A stretch of 53,803 nt of DNA, filler included, from Sphacelaria rigidula (taxonomy: Eukaryota), in assembly GCA_964200075.2 (NCBI GenBank). It is 2 parts of 2 records of this genome, joined end to end, with 100 filler letters (N's around TTAATTAATTAA, not from the genome) between each part and the next. Parts side by side here need not be neighbours in the genome. Positions count along the whole stretch, not along the records: positions 26,963 to 53,803 come from CAXNAA020000130.1; 1 more part is not named here. One strand, given 5' to 3'. The translations under genes and the position numbers were made by a program. The notes beneath the pieces were generated by a model. That model saw nothing but the letters and a program-made list of their open reading frames with translations, did no database searches and had not been told where the DNA came from. Shown here in pieces: positions 34,581-47,047 of this stretch (its first letter is position 1; every line of letters begins with the position of its first letter).

Positions 34581-35689
34581 CAATGTATAGTTGTGTCATG
34601 CATAGAAGAAAAGTGATTAGCGCCCAAATGTTCGACGTCTCCACGAGTATTAGAAGTAGGAACGGTGCTCCGTCTCGAAAAGAATGTGTGATCACTGGTC
34701 AAATGACTAAGGCAAGTGACAAATGAGTATGCCCTCCCCCCCCCGGCTCCCACAAAAAGCGCCCCAAAACCACCTTCGCAAAAGCGATGTCAGGAAGTAA
34801 AAAAAATTCTTGAGTCACTTTTGCAAAAGTGATTCGATGTTTACCTCGGATGGAAACATACATGTCCCGTTGATTGGGGCACATGCAAGGTCTCGACACA
34901 CAACCCAAGACGACCAGAGGTGAACCTGAGGAACGCGTTGCCCCTGCGAATCAAGAACACCCAGCTCGAGCCGTAGCTGCTCATCACCTGAGCTCGTAGT
35001 GCATTCATTACCTTGCTCGAATCTTCTCAGAATTCAATCAGAAACGATGATTCGTGTGAGACGCGCGCATAGCACACGTACACAAGGGTCAGCAACGACA
35101 CGTGTCCGGTTGCCATCTTACACGCACATGACCTCCTTTCATCCAGATACACAACGAATTTTTGGCGAACAAACGCCGCTGTGCGTAGATGAGTAAGGGC
35201 TAGAGTTGGAGCTAATGTGTATGAGTGGTGGGTGTCTGTGTGGTTTCTCGGGTTGTAGATGTTGTGTTTGTTGCCTTGATGGGTCTGTCCTGTAGCACAG
35301 AGATGTTACACTGGCGACCACTTCCACAACCGCCGCATTTCTGAACCTGTAAGCGGATCTGGGCTTTGATCCGAAGAAAAAATGCTCTCGATACGACTCA
35401 AACTGGTCGTTGTAGGGACGCTCAGTTTTTCAAAAATGAATTTTTGAAAAGTGATGATAATGTCCGATAAGAACACGCCTAGTCATCCCGACAACCCCCT
35501 CCCCAATACGGGGTAAACACGAAAACACGTCGTTCTTGATCTGCTCCCACTGACACAAACTCGATCACTGTGTGGTAAAGACGTTGCTCAATTCAGCATG
35601 ATGGCGGAGAAAAATAAGTCATCAAGGCAATGAAGAGCCCCGGCCGGGATTTTTTTTATCATTTTTGGCATCTCCGAGCGGGAGGAGGA

Positions 35690-36280
35690 GGGCAGGAACA
35701 CGTTCTGTGCCAGTAGGGCCGCTTGATGAGTACCTTTGCATTCGCGTGGAAGGAGTCGGAGGACGGTGTTCTCTTGCGCACATGCACAGTGCCAACCTCC
35801 GACACCCGCATATCCCTTCCACGCCTGCATCTCATGGAGTACAGGACACTGTCTCACTGTTCGTAGGCATGTTAGGTCCTGTTCCTCTCATGTACATTCG
35901 CATAAGTAGAATCGAAGAATAGTTGTGCATCTGACCAACCGCAGTTTTGTACTTGCAGTAGATGTGCCAGCCTAATCCATGCTCGCACCACTTTGTGTGC
36001 ATTACTTGCTGCCAGCTTGTTCCCCCGATCACGTTGCTGCCAGCCGTGGCTGGATGGTGTACGGAGGAGTGGCTGACTGCCACTGCCGCGTATTGCAGTC
36101 ATCGCGCACTCTCGGTTCACCTCACCTCCCACCTGCTTGTTGATGTTGGTGAACGTGAATTCTTCGATACCTTTCCCGAGCTGCGCATTCAAATGATCGG
36201 TCGCACAAGAAAACGAGGACTTTTCCTCACTATGATCCAAGTAAATATACACCCCGACATGACATTGGTTGTCCAAACAC
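35690..36280 (-). pseudogene. Possible decayed piggyBac-type transposase C-terminus (Cys-rich domain)
   Basis: Across frameshifts it reads HHP...IYCKYK / LRFYLCECT...TCL...RQCPVLH, similar to the spacing of the piggyBac cysteine-rich domain. Confidence 0.25.
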
Positions 36281-37844
36281 TACATCGGTGTCATCTTAGC
36301 CTCGGTAAAATTACTTGATATTTCCTCGGTATGTCATTAATGTATTAACAACGAAAAACTGCGCTCTTGATAGCCGGCCGCTTGATCGCTCCACCCTCTG
36401 CTGATGCCATCGGTGGCACTAGTAGAAATTTGATGAAGCGATGTTAACACTGTAGTCGTGTAGCACTAACATTCCCTGGGCCCAAAGGGTTGACGTGCAA
36501 GCGATAGGCTTCATGAATGCATGTGGGCACCTGTTTTTCCGGTTACAAGAAGTGATGCAAGAAAAAAATACGTGTGTTTTGCGCCGACAAAAACCAAACA
36601 TTTTGGCAAGGCTAAAACGTTCATCTTCACCGAAGAATCAGGGCATGTCCTAAGGAACAAAATCGGAATCGAAATTGGGAACGAATGCGATACGCGTGAA
36701 ATTAGGTATATATTTTTAGGTGAGAGTCCAGCACCGGCACCGTATGACACATGCTAACACAAGCAAACAACTTTTTCACGCTGTGTTTTTCATAAGAGCC
36801 TTCAACTTCTCGAGTTGGGGCACGTGTTGCTTTGTGGTGGTCTCAAGAAATGGAGAGTCGTACAGCTGTCGTTTAGGGTACTAGCCCAACTGCCGCAGCG
36901 TGTTTGTGTTCCGTTTTTTTTATTTTTCGGTGTTTTTTTTGTTACGACACGCACTCACACTCATATCAAACCCGTTGCTCACAATTAGGATTGACACATG
37001 CGCTATGAAACGAAGGTTACTGAGCGGTGCCCGAAGCCAAAATTCTGCCAGCGCCGGCGATGCGCAAGCGACGGTCTTCGAAATGAAGGGGCACATGCGC
37101 ACAAAATGAAATCTATATGAAACCACGCAGGAAATAACTTGACGCAAGAAGCCCCGACCTTCCAATTTATTCTGAGATGAAAACCCAACAGCATTTTTGC
37201 ACATGGCTAAAGGCCCGTTTCCTGGGTGCACGTTTGCATTATTTTCAACCGAGGGATCTCTTCAGAAGCTGCTGCATTCCGCTTGCTACTGACGTCCCTA
37301 CGCCGATTTGGGTTTCATCGAAGATCATCACTTTGCGTATACTGGTGTCAACTTGACTGTAAGACGGTCCTTTTCAATGGCGGCCCCATTTTATGGTGTA
37401 GAGATCGCCTCACATCGTCAATCATTTGATGGGTAGGACCTACTCCTTGAAGCCCCAAGGCTGAACCACTTCAAAGCGGGTAATTGTAAGTTGCACTACA
37501 CTACACTTCAACGCATTAATGTGGGCCTGCTGTAGGGCGCAACTAAAGTCTCGCAATATTTTCCCTACACCCTTCGAAATGTGATCAGATGACTTTGTAC
37601 AGCCGACGTCATGAATATCGTCGTAGTAGTAAGGACGCGAAGGTCGATATTCGTCGGAAGTTATCCCCACTGGCAAACAACCGGAAAATCCTTATCCAGC
37701 TTATATTACGGAACGGAGGGAGTATAAGAGGTATGCATAGATGTATGTGAAGTGCTTTCACATGGATCATCGTTTTCGCATGCGGTTGTTCATACAACGT
37801 CATTTTTTTTCCCATGCGCGTATGCTACTCTGCTGTTAAAATAG

Positions 37845-37987
37845 TTGGGGTGGTGTGCCACAAGTTTGCTCAGGCATGTATTGCTGATGGGAAAGCCTCG
37901 GAAGCACTGTTGCCGCTGCGGACGGCCGCGTGCAAAATGCGTGGGAACACGTCTACTCTTACCCCCGTTCATCCGGAGTTTCTGCAG
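37845..37987 (+). CDS. CSN3: COP9 signalosome subunit 3, first confidently identified exon (xGVVCHKFAQACIADGKASEALLPLRTAACKMRGNTSTLTPVHPEFLQ)
   Basis: Acceptor atag at 37841-37844 and donor gtgagc at 37988; phase 1 start, phase 0 end. Matches the CSN3 segment that reads roughly LCHQLTNAL...[21 protein letters not shown] in animals. Confidence 0.9.
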
Positions 37988-38135
37988 GTGAGCGTCGGTC
38001 CTATGTAGCAAATATCGCACCTGCATTTGTTTGGAAAACGAGGACGGGAGGACATTGAAGTAGGGGATTGTGGTGAATCAAAGCGTGCCCTCGTATTCCT
38101 TTTCGTATTCTTTTGAAGCTTGGTTTTCGTGGGCA

Positions 38136-38385
38136 TGTACGTTGTACACGTTGTCATGTGTCATATGTCAAGTGTGCATCAATCGGCAGTCGTACAGGTA
38201 CGCCCGGTATGACAATGAAAATGTTGCACTGCGAAGAGTTTTGGGTGTAGGTCACTCGGGTGTACGTTGTACACGTTGTCATGTGTCATATGTCATGGTG
38301 TGCATCAATCGGCAGTCGTACAGGTACGCCCGGTAAAACAGGAAAATATTGTCCTGCAAAGAGTTTTTGGTGTAGGTTACTCGGT
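38136..38385 (+). repeat. Tandem duplication, 2 x 125 bp, in a CSN3 intron
   Basis: tgtacgttgtacacgttgtcatgtgtcatatgtca...ggtgtaggtYactcgg occurs twice. Confidence 0.95.
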
Positions 38386-38626
38386 TTGTTTCGAAGCGGG
38401 AAATCGCTGTTCGTCCACTCGTTCAAAAACTCAATATAGGTTTCAGTTTGTCGTCACCGAACTGAAAATGCGTTGGTTTCAGGCCGCGATATGTGGCCGG
38501 AAGAAAGCAGTTTTGAACTGAGAAATGATTCCTGCCTCACCGGGAAGTACTGTACTGTGTACAGCAGATGCCGTGTCCCCTGGTTGGGGCGCTCCTCGAG
38601 CGGACACGCAGCTGTATAAAAAGTAC

Positions 38627-38978
38627 CACAGGCACCGTAGGTAAGGTAGGTACCCGGTACCGGTATGTGGGACATCTCATACCCTACAGATACTGGTCCA
38701 ATCCGGTATTTTCAAATGTCATACCTACGATACCTACGATACCACGGTATTTCGAGGTTTCAATACCTACCGTACCCGCCCAATCAGGTATTTTCAAATG
38801 TCATACCTGCGATATCTACGATACCACGGTATTTCGAGATTTCAATACCTACAGTACGTCCAATCCGGTATTTTCAAATGTCATACCTACGATACCTGCG
38901 CATACCACGGTATGGGATAGATACCCCGGTAAATACCGGGGGTACGTTCGGTACGGTACCTTACCTACGGTGCCTGTG
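38627..38978. mobile_element. hAT-type MITE (352 bp) with ~80-bp internal tandem repeats
   Basis: Perfect 22-bp TIR CACAGGCACCGTAGGTAAGGTA; TSD AAAAGTAC/AAAAATAC. Confidence 0.92.
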
Positions 38979-39485
38979 AAAAATACCAATACAGTACCAG
39001 AGAACGTGGGCGTGCTACAGGGAACAACGCAACAGGGACAGCTCCATGACGGCAGCTAGCGGTACTTCACCAGAATTGTCGGAGAGATCGGCGCATACTG
39101 CGGTGATGCCTGGGCTGGTTGCTCACTGTGCTCGACAAGTGAGCGACACATCGTATAACACATGGTATATTGCGCAAGCATGACACACCCGGAACGAGTT
39201 CACCGACAACATTGCTCTTCGCACCCACCTCACAGCCCCTTGAGTATGCAAAGCAGCTACTTACCCACAGCACAGTGTGGCCGGAATCGCTATTATAGTT
39301 GCCAACACTCAGCTGACAGGCCAGTCGGGGAAACTCCGCGGCCTGGTTTTTACGACATGAGCAACTCACAGGAGCTGTCTTCTTGTGTTTCGCACACACC
39401 AAACAGCGCACAGCAGAACACCGGACACCACAGAAGCACAGAAACAATAGAATGTTTCGGAAAATGTTTTTTCGCATTTTAGAGT

Positions 39486-40606
39486 CCTAGTGGAAAGAAA
39501 AAAAGTCGGCAACGGTAACCGTTCCACTATGACTTTTTTGGGCGATTGCCTAGAAAAGGTATACCTTCTCATTTTTCCCCAAGAAAGGTACGAATACTGA
39601 CCAAAAATGCGAAAACAGCAAAAACACACAATCGAGACCGTTTTCGCTGCAAATGTTTCACACATATCAATCGGGGGGGGCTCCTTGGCACCCGGGCTTC
39701 GAAAAAATCAGAAAAAAAGCACGTTACTCGCGATATGTTACTCTGTTGAGTGCATGTCACTCTGTAATCACTGTATTGTCCCCATTTACATATATAAGCG
39801 TGGTGCTTCTTATCCGTTCCTTGGACCAACCATCAATGATATGATAGCCGTCTGTTAGTGACGGAAGAGCCTAGCTTGACCCTGGCACTAGCCCCGATAT
39901 CGCAACACCACGATGCCACGTAACCTCCCGAAAGCACAGAAGACCGACGCGTTGTGGGTTGTTAGTCCAGCTCTTGTTTTGATGCGGAGAGACTCGGGAA
40001 CCATTTCCGAGAAGAAAGGAGCGTGGTCGTTGCGGCGTCCGTGAACGGCAAAATAGGGGGATAAGAGCCGATGTGTGGGTGTCATGGTTGGAGTTGGCGC
40101 ATGCACTCCCTTGCGCGCAGTGCGCCGTGTCAGGTACAGTGTAGCAAGCGATGGCCCGGGACAGGTACTTTCTCGGCCGACTGATGGCCCAGACGAGGTA
40201 CGATTGGAAAATAATTCCTGGATCAGGTATTCCTTGTCAACACTTGGCCTAGAAAGGGGAAGTAGATTCTCGAGGCGAGACGTGCTCTTGCGCATGCCGG
40301 TATATCGCGAGTGACGTTTTTTTGCTCTTTTTTCTCGAGGCCCGGGTGCCAAGGAGCCCCTCCCCGATTGATACGTGTAAAAAATTCGTGGCGAAAACGG
40401 TCTAGATTGTGTGTTCATGCTGCTTTTGCATTTCTGGTCGGTTTTCGCACCTTTCTTGGGCAAAAAACGAGAAGGTGTACCTTTTTTAGGCACTTGCCCA
40501 AAACAATTTAGAGTCAAATTGTCTGAGGTTAAAAAAACGTCTAAAAAAACGTCAGAGTCCGGTTTCGAGCACTCCACTCTGAAAACCGATTTGCCTCTAA
40601 CTAGGA
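39486..40606. mobile_element. Foldback-like element with ~260-300 bp inverted arms
   Basis: 39486-39737 is an imperfect reverse complement of 40301-40606 (ggggctccttggcacccggg / cccgggtgccaaggagcccc). No TSD recognised. Confidence 0.75.
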
Positions 40607-40710
40607 AAACGAAAAAGAGCCCCCCCCCCCCCCCCCCCCCCCCCCCCACCCCCACCCACCACACCGCCCAAGCCCAAACCCCAACCAAAAAACCATAGCA
40701 GAAACTCTGC

Positions 40711-40720
40711 NNNNNNNNNN
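40711..40720. other. 10-N assembly gap flanked by low-quality poly-C/poly-A sequence
   Basis: N run with homopolymer tracts at 40620-40690 and 40740-40777. Confidence 0.95.
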
Positions 40721-40889
40721 AAAAACAGTTTGTCCACAACAAAAAAAAAAAAAAAAACCCCCCCCCCCCCCCCCCCCATCACCACCACAGTCAAAGCCAG
40801 TTCACAACCGATATACCTCAACAAGCAAAAATGGGACATGCATCATAGCTGTCATGGTCATGACAATGGACCAGCCACAAAGTAGCAAC

Positions 40890-42670
40890 GCTTGACATCG
40901 CGATCAGAGGGCCTCCCTGCCGCCGCCATGGTATCAGCACTCGCTTGGTTGTGTTACGTGAAATCTAAATGCTCGGCGGATACAAGACGTTGCCTCGGGT
41001 ACAGCTCCTCACTCTTGCCAGCCTCAGCTGGAAGAAGACGGTGTAAACAATCCGTAGTCTACATACAGCACACAAGCAGTGATTCTGTTTACCTGGCTGC
41101 ATTGCCATTCCGTCGGCGCTCATGACGTCTTGCAAAACCGTTTTGGGTGGCATGCTTGTTGGAAAATCATTGCAATGCGGCTTTGTCTGTTTGAAAGTGT
41201 GCCGTACTTTCTGTACGGTATCGCTGTGCTTCGCCGTGCCGCAATGTACTGTAGGGTTCTGCATTGCACAGTCTGTGCCGCACTATATGTGCTCTATACT
41301 GAACAGCACTACGGTGCCATGTAGTGGCGTAGTGGGTCGTAGTGCAGTAAAGTAGTGCAAGTGCATTGAAGCGTTGTGTACGGTACGGTACTGCAGGTAC
41401 GGTACAACAGACTCGCTGCTGTTGTACAGCCAGTGCTGTGCTCACCTGCGCATTTTCGAACTGGACGCTGGTCGATCGCACATTTGGCGGGGCAACCTGC
41501 GGCCAATCACCAAGACAAGAAAAATCCACGTCAAGTCATGTCGCATCAGCTTCCGCTATGAACTAGTCAGCGTACACTCTGAACTTGCAAAAGCTTTCAC
41601 TCTGAAATTCTTCGACTCTGACCTTATGATATGAGAATACATTTTCTGAAACTCTCTAGTGTGATGAGTGTGCAGCTTGCAATACCGGAGCAACGGGCTG
41701 CAACATTAAACGGCGCCTTGTAGACCAGGTTTTTAGGAAAAGGTTACTGGGGTCTCAGTCAAGTTGTGATATTAGAGAGTTTCGGAAAGCGTTTTTTTCC
41801 CATCTTGGAGTCAGAGTGTGAGGAAAAATAGCCGGTAACGGTGCACATTCCACTCTGATGTTTTTCAGAGCGTTTTTTTCAGCGTCAGAGTGCCATTTGC
41901 ACCCCACCCCTTCACGTCGGAAACCGTTGTTCCTCTTCAAAGTCCATACCGGAACGAAGTAGAAAAGCTTGGCATCGCAATCGGAAGACTTTCCTGACGT
42001 CGCCATGGTCTCAGCATTCACTTGCTTGTGTTGCGTGAAAATTCAAATGCTCGGTGGGTACACGACGTTACCTTGGGTGCAGTTCCTCGTTACCTTGGGT
42101 GCAGCTTCAGCTGGAAGACGGTGCGAACGATTCGTAGTCTACAGTGCACAAGCAGTGCTACACCCAGCGGCGTTGCCATTCCGTTAAAGATCATGACGTC
42201 TTGCATCACCGTAATGGGTAGCATGTTGGAAGATCATTACAATGCGACCTTGTCTGTTGTTTGTAAGTGCTGCGTACTGAACTACTGTACAACTGTCTCT
42301 ACCGTGTCGCTGTAGTTCACCGTACCGCAATGCACTGTTGTAGGGTTCTGCATTGCACTGTCTGTACTGCCCTGTCTGTACTCTACATTGCACAGCACTA
42401 CAGTGCCCTGCGCCGCAGTGGATTGAAGTGCGGCAGGTGCAGTGAAGCTCAGTGTACGGTACGTATGGTTCCGCGGGGTACGGTACAGTTGGTGCTGTGC
42501 CGCCCTATGCATTTTCGAACTGGACACTGGTCGATCGCACATTTGGCGGGGCAACCTGGGGCCAGTCACTGCGACAAAAAAAAATTACGTTAAGCCACGT
42601 CACAGCCGTTTCCACTCTGGAATGACTATGATGAGAAAAAAACGTATTCCGAAACTCTCTATTGTGATGT
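40890..42670 (+). repeat. Two diverged direct copies (~40890-41660 and ~41967-42670) of an unclassified repeat
   Basis: Shared blocks cgccatggtMtcagca, cagctggaaga and gcattttcgaactggacRctggtcgatcgcacatttggcggggcaacctg. Confidence 0.85.
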
Positions 42671-42980
42671 GATGGTGACTGCAGGTTCGTGTTTCCCCGC
42701 CCGCATTCCATAATATACAAATGCGGGTTAGAACGTGATGCTGCTCGCACAAAGCTCTTTCCGGGAATGAGGTGTTGCCGCAAAAGTGGTGTCGCTGGGA
42801 GCACCGTGGTGAATATCGAGATACAATCTACTCGTACTTGAGTGCTCTTCACGTATTGAATTTTGATCTTGGTCGCTGGATTGTAAAAAAACTGAGTCTC
42901 GAATTAAGCCCCAAACGGTAGCATCCGAAGCAATCATCTCGCTTCCAAATATGTCACAAGTGCACAGCCGACGACACAGC

Positions 42981-44641
42981 TAAGCTTTTACTTATTATGC
43001 TAGTAAAGTCATGAAAAATTATGCTCGTAAAGTGGAATTTATGTTCGATTTATGCTCGCCTTAAAAATATATATATGCTCGATTCATGCTCGCAAAGTTG
43101 AATTTATGCTCGATTATGCTCGTAATATAAACTAAGGATGCCATTTTCGACCGGATAAATCTACAGACCCACCGATCACTAGTAATTTCTTACTATTGTT
43201 ATGTTCGTCACATTTTCAGCTCGATCTCTCAAACCCGTTGTCACAGAATGAAGCATACCACCCATACCCAGATCAAGCAGCCTGTAGAGGAAGGGAAACA
43301 AAACATCTACGCGGGAAAGAGCATACTACTTTGTATGCATGTTTTTTATATACGAAGTACGACCTATACCTGCATTAGTACGATTGAATGCTGTATTTTC
43401 CGGTTGTACACGGTGCATCATTGAATATCATCGCGCACTCTCTGTGCTGCATCTTGTGCTATATGCCGCCGCCAAACTGTCGTATAGACAAGACATATGA
43501 CAGGCAACCTGCCGATTCGGATTCCTTCCGTCACAATCTGGCACAATGAGTATACGTTGTACGCAGCTCGTCACCACACTCAAAATGACAAGTCACGGAT
43601 CACATGAACGGTGTCTTCACTCGTCGCCTGTCCCATGTCGAGGAACTCGTGTACAAGGACAACGACAAGTGAAAAGCTGACATTCGATTGATGAATGATT
43701 ATTAGATCGATCGTCTCGCATGAACCGATGCCGCTTCGAATCCAGCCGAGGTCGCAAGATGGGTACAACCGAGGAAACAATAGGCAAGAAGGAAGCACAC
43801 GAAGGGGTAGAAATTGGGGAAAATACTGAAGTAGACAAGAAGAGTGAAGTAGCCAGAGAAAGTACGAAACCAAAACACACACAAAAAAAATGGGAAGCCA
43901 AGACATGCCGCTGTGCTGCGTGCTGTGCGCTGTGTACTACAGACTACAGACTGTAGAGTACATTGTACGTGTTTATGTTTTGTGTCGTGTGCTTTCGTGA
44001 AAAGACACGCGGCCATTTGGCTACCCCCCAAATTCCTCCAGGTCGGTCAACTTTTCGAGCCTCCAGCGGAATTAAACACCTCCGGAGAGGTGCGTGGTTC
44101 CAGAGGAGATTTTTTGGTTACCTCTAGAGGAATTAAAACGCCTCTGGAGGCTTGTTTTGCCTCTGGAGGGCCGCGCATCTCTCCGAAGGCATTTTGCTGC
44201 CCCCAAATTTCTCCGGAGGAGTGCGCGGCCCTCCAGGTCGGTAGAGTTTGGTTTCCTCCAGAAGGATTGAAGGTCTCCGGAGGCTTGTTTTGCCTCTGGG
44301 GGGCCGCGCATCCCTCCAGGGGCATTTTGGGGGGTAGCCAAATGACCGCGTGTGAACGTTTTTCAGACCTGCGATCGATCAGACTGGCAGTTTGAATGAC
44401 TGGTTTCAGGGCATACACGTATTCCAGACCTGCAGTCGATGATAGCATAGGTTTTTGCCCAAAATATCAGAGCGGGGCAGCATTTAGACCCTTTTCCCAC
44501 CCTACGGTGAAAAATTATGCTCGGTTATGCTATTTGCTGAAACGCTATGCTATTTATGCTACTGGCTTAAACACTATGCTATTCATGCCATCAAGGTGGA
44601 ATTATACCAGAAATTATGCTAGCATAGTAAGTAAAAGCCTA
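42981..44641 (+). mobile_element. Non-autonomous hAT element (1661 bp) with a possible dimerisation-domain relic
   Basis: TIR TAAGCTTTTACTTATTATGCTAG / CTAGCATAGTAAGTAAAAGCCTA, perfect 8-bp TSD GACACAGC and subterminal TTATGCT repeats. About 43560-43710 reads LKMTSHGSHER / SRN...SEKLTF. Confidence 0.92.
44004..44354 (-). mobile_element. Second CACAC-ended MITE copy, nested in the hAT element
   Basis: Reverse complement of 28233-28566, with AA on both sides. Confidence 0.88.
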
Positions 44642-46015
44642 GACACAGCTCCAACAAAGCTCACACATGGGTAGCATAATTCCGTAGTGTTTCTCCGCAT
44701 GTGGATGGTGTATACCCAAGAGCAAACACGCTTAGACCCACCCAGCCACCCACCATTGAAGCCCAAAGCCCCGCCATGCAAGCACTATGGTGATGGTATT
44801 GAGCGAGGGCCGTGGGTCGAAGGACTCCTATTGTTGGCATGCAGCACAGGCCACCTGCTTGCTGATGCTGTGGCTTCGCTCGTTGGCTGACTTAATCACG
44901 GTGTCGTGTGCAATACAGTACACACTACAGCACCGTGTGACCCATCGGCGGTAGCTGGACGAGCGACTGTCGAACCCAACATTGCACCCTCTGCACTCAA
45001 TGTTGCACTTCAGTCACTGAGCAACCTAAATTGGCCACCCCCACGCGGTACCTCCGTATCCCTGCTTGTTGGTTCACGCCATGTGGTGCTGTCGAGATCT
45101 GGCCTTCTAATGTTCCCCTCCTCCCACGTGCTCCGTCCCGAAGGGGATGCGTGGTTAATGGCCAAACGACTGAGGCAAGCAACCGATGAGTACGCCCCCC
45201 CCCCTCCCCCACGTGTACACCGTCGACTCCTTGGATGTGGCTCACCTAGAATGCACAGCGCTTTCACTTTAGCATCATGTAGCCTTGTCAACAAATATTC
45301 AACAAAAACCGAGGTGATGTTCCGCGCGCACGGGCTGGCTGCCTTGATGTGAGTGTCTATAACAAAGAACGTGCCCTCGTGGTCGAGAGGTACGTGTAAA
45401 TTCAGGACAGTCGGTGCAAAAATTTGTTGTGCGCTGGTGTGGAATCACGCCCAAGCTAATCTGATTGAATGCCAGAGTTCGTTGTCGATGGGGAATACTG
45501 TTTAAACCCCCTCTTCCGTGCAACTTGTGGAGCTGATTCAAACGCACTCATGTAGTGAGAGGTGTTCATCGTCTTGGGCTGGTGCTTAGCGCTGCCGATA
45601 CCCCCTTGAAGTGATGTGCCCTCTGCAGTGCGCTACTACTTGTCGGCTGCGCTATGAACTGTATAACACAATAATACGATGGTGAGCACGTTCGGCGGGC
45701 GCAAGAATTGGGGTAGCACTTGTGGGTCTTCTGTGTTTCGATATCCGAAAAAGCATGTGCGTCAGCAGGCCACTCTGCGCCGACACTCGCGAGATTGTTC
45801 GTCCATGGTCACTATGTTTTAATCGTATATTTATTGCTTACACGGTACGAAATTCCCTCAACTCTGAGCCATCAACCATCTCTATTTGTATTGCCAGTAC
45901 GTTTGTCCGCAAGGCACCCTCTGCTGATTTTCCCCAGCGTACGATTGAGTGGGGCGTCCTTGCGGCTGACCGTGTCCCTTCATGTGTTCCGATGCGTGTT
46001 GCTCCCGTGGGCTAG

Positions 46016-46198
46016 TGTTGCATCATGGCAAAGTGCTATAAGCAGGGAGCCCGGTTCATGGACGACCAGTCTGTGTTCGGAGTTGATCCCAAGGCTACTG
46101 GGCTGACGCCGTTACACTTTTTGCGACACTTCTACTACGGGGGAATCGTTTACATTGGTACCAAGAGGTGGAAGGACGCCTTGGACAGCTTCCTCATG
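46016..46198 (+). CDS. CSN3: CSN3 exon (CCIMAKCYKQGARFMDDQ...LTPLHFLRHFYYGGIVYIGTKRWKDALDSFLM)
   Basis: ctag acceptor, gtgagt donor, 183 nt, phase 0/0. Contains the CSN3 hallmarks AKC and FLxxFYYGGxxY. Confidence 0.95.
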
Positions 46199-46864
46199 GT
46201 GAGTCTGGTCAAGCCCAGCCATCTGCGCCCCGGTGGTGTAATGGTCCGACTGTCGCCGTTAGGGTGAAAAGAACGAGGGTTCGATTTCCGATCATGTTTT
46301 TTTTCCTTGTAGTATCTGATTTGCACCGTGCAAAGCGTGAAAACGTGAGTAAACAAAGTAGTTGACTGAGTTTGTTTGACGAGAGCTGACGCGGTGCGGG
46401 AGTGCTGATAGTCATGACCCAATCCGCGAGACCAAAATGCAAGGCGTGTACCGGGGGGCGTACTAATTTGTTGCTTGCCTTAACGGTTTCACCATTGACC
46501 ACGCATCCCTTTCGAGACGGAGCACCGTTCCTACTCCTAATAGTACCACCTCCAACATTCGGGCGCTCATTAGTGTACCGGGGGAGAGATGGGTGGATTC
46601 CTTGAGACCACGGACTCGTCCCGAGGAAGGGGAGGGGTTCAAAATGCGATGAGTAAAAAAAATGAAGAAAATCTACGAACGGTGATGCGCACTTGGGTGC
46701 AAGAGTCGCTTGCCTCGGCTTGTAATTCTCTCATCCCTCGCCCAAAGTTGACCGTACGCGGATCCATCCGCGTACGGTCAGGCTTGGCGGCTCAGCTGTA
46801 TGTGCTGTTTTCTCATTCCATGCCTGCTGATTGAACGCCTTCACCCGCTGTCATCCCTCTACAG

Positions 46865-47047
46865 CTGGTTACAGCCCCGGCAAGTGTACTGAGCTCCCTG
46901 GTGGTGGAGGGATACAAGAAGATGATTTTAGTATCACTTATCGTATCTGGAAGGATGCCAGTGCTCCCCAAGTATTCATCCAACGTGGTGACGCGTCAGC
47001 TAAAGAGTCAGGCGTCGGAGTACCAACTGCTGGGGACACGCTGCCAG
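46865..47047 (+). CDS. CSN3: CSN3 exon (LVTAPASVLSSLVVEGYKKMILVSLIVSGRMPVLPKYSSNVV...RCQ)
   Basis: acag acceptor, gtcagt donor, 183 nt, phase 0/0. Carries the motif ExYKKxILVSLIxxG...LPKY. Confidence 0.95.

Larger units (their letters stand above)
33330..35479 (+). mobile_element. GGC-ended TIR element (outer copy) with nested insertions
   Basis: Left TIR ggcgagttcttatcggagattat|tca...tcactttt is split; right TIR aaaagtgatgataatgtccgataagaacacgcc. An inverted internal fragment lies at ~18780-19070. Confidence 0.7.

Noticed and set aside
39888..40742. 284-aa ORF with poly-Gly
   Set aside because: It spans an N gap, low-quality poly-C and a foldback arm.
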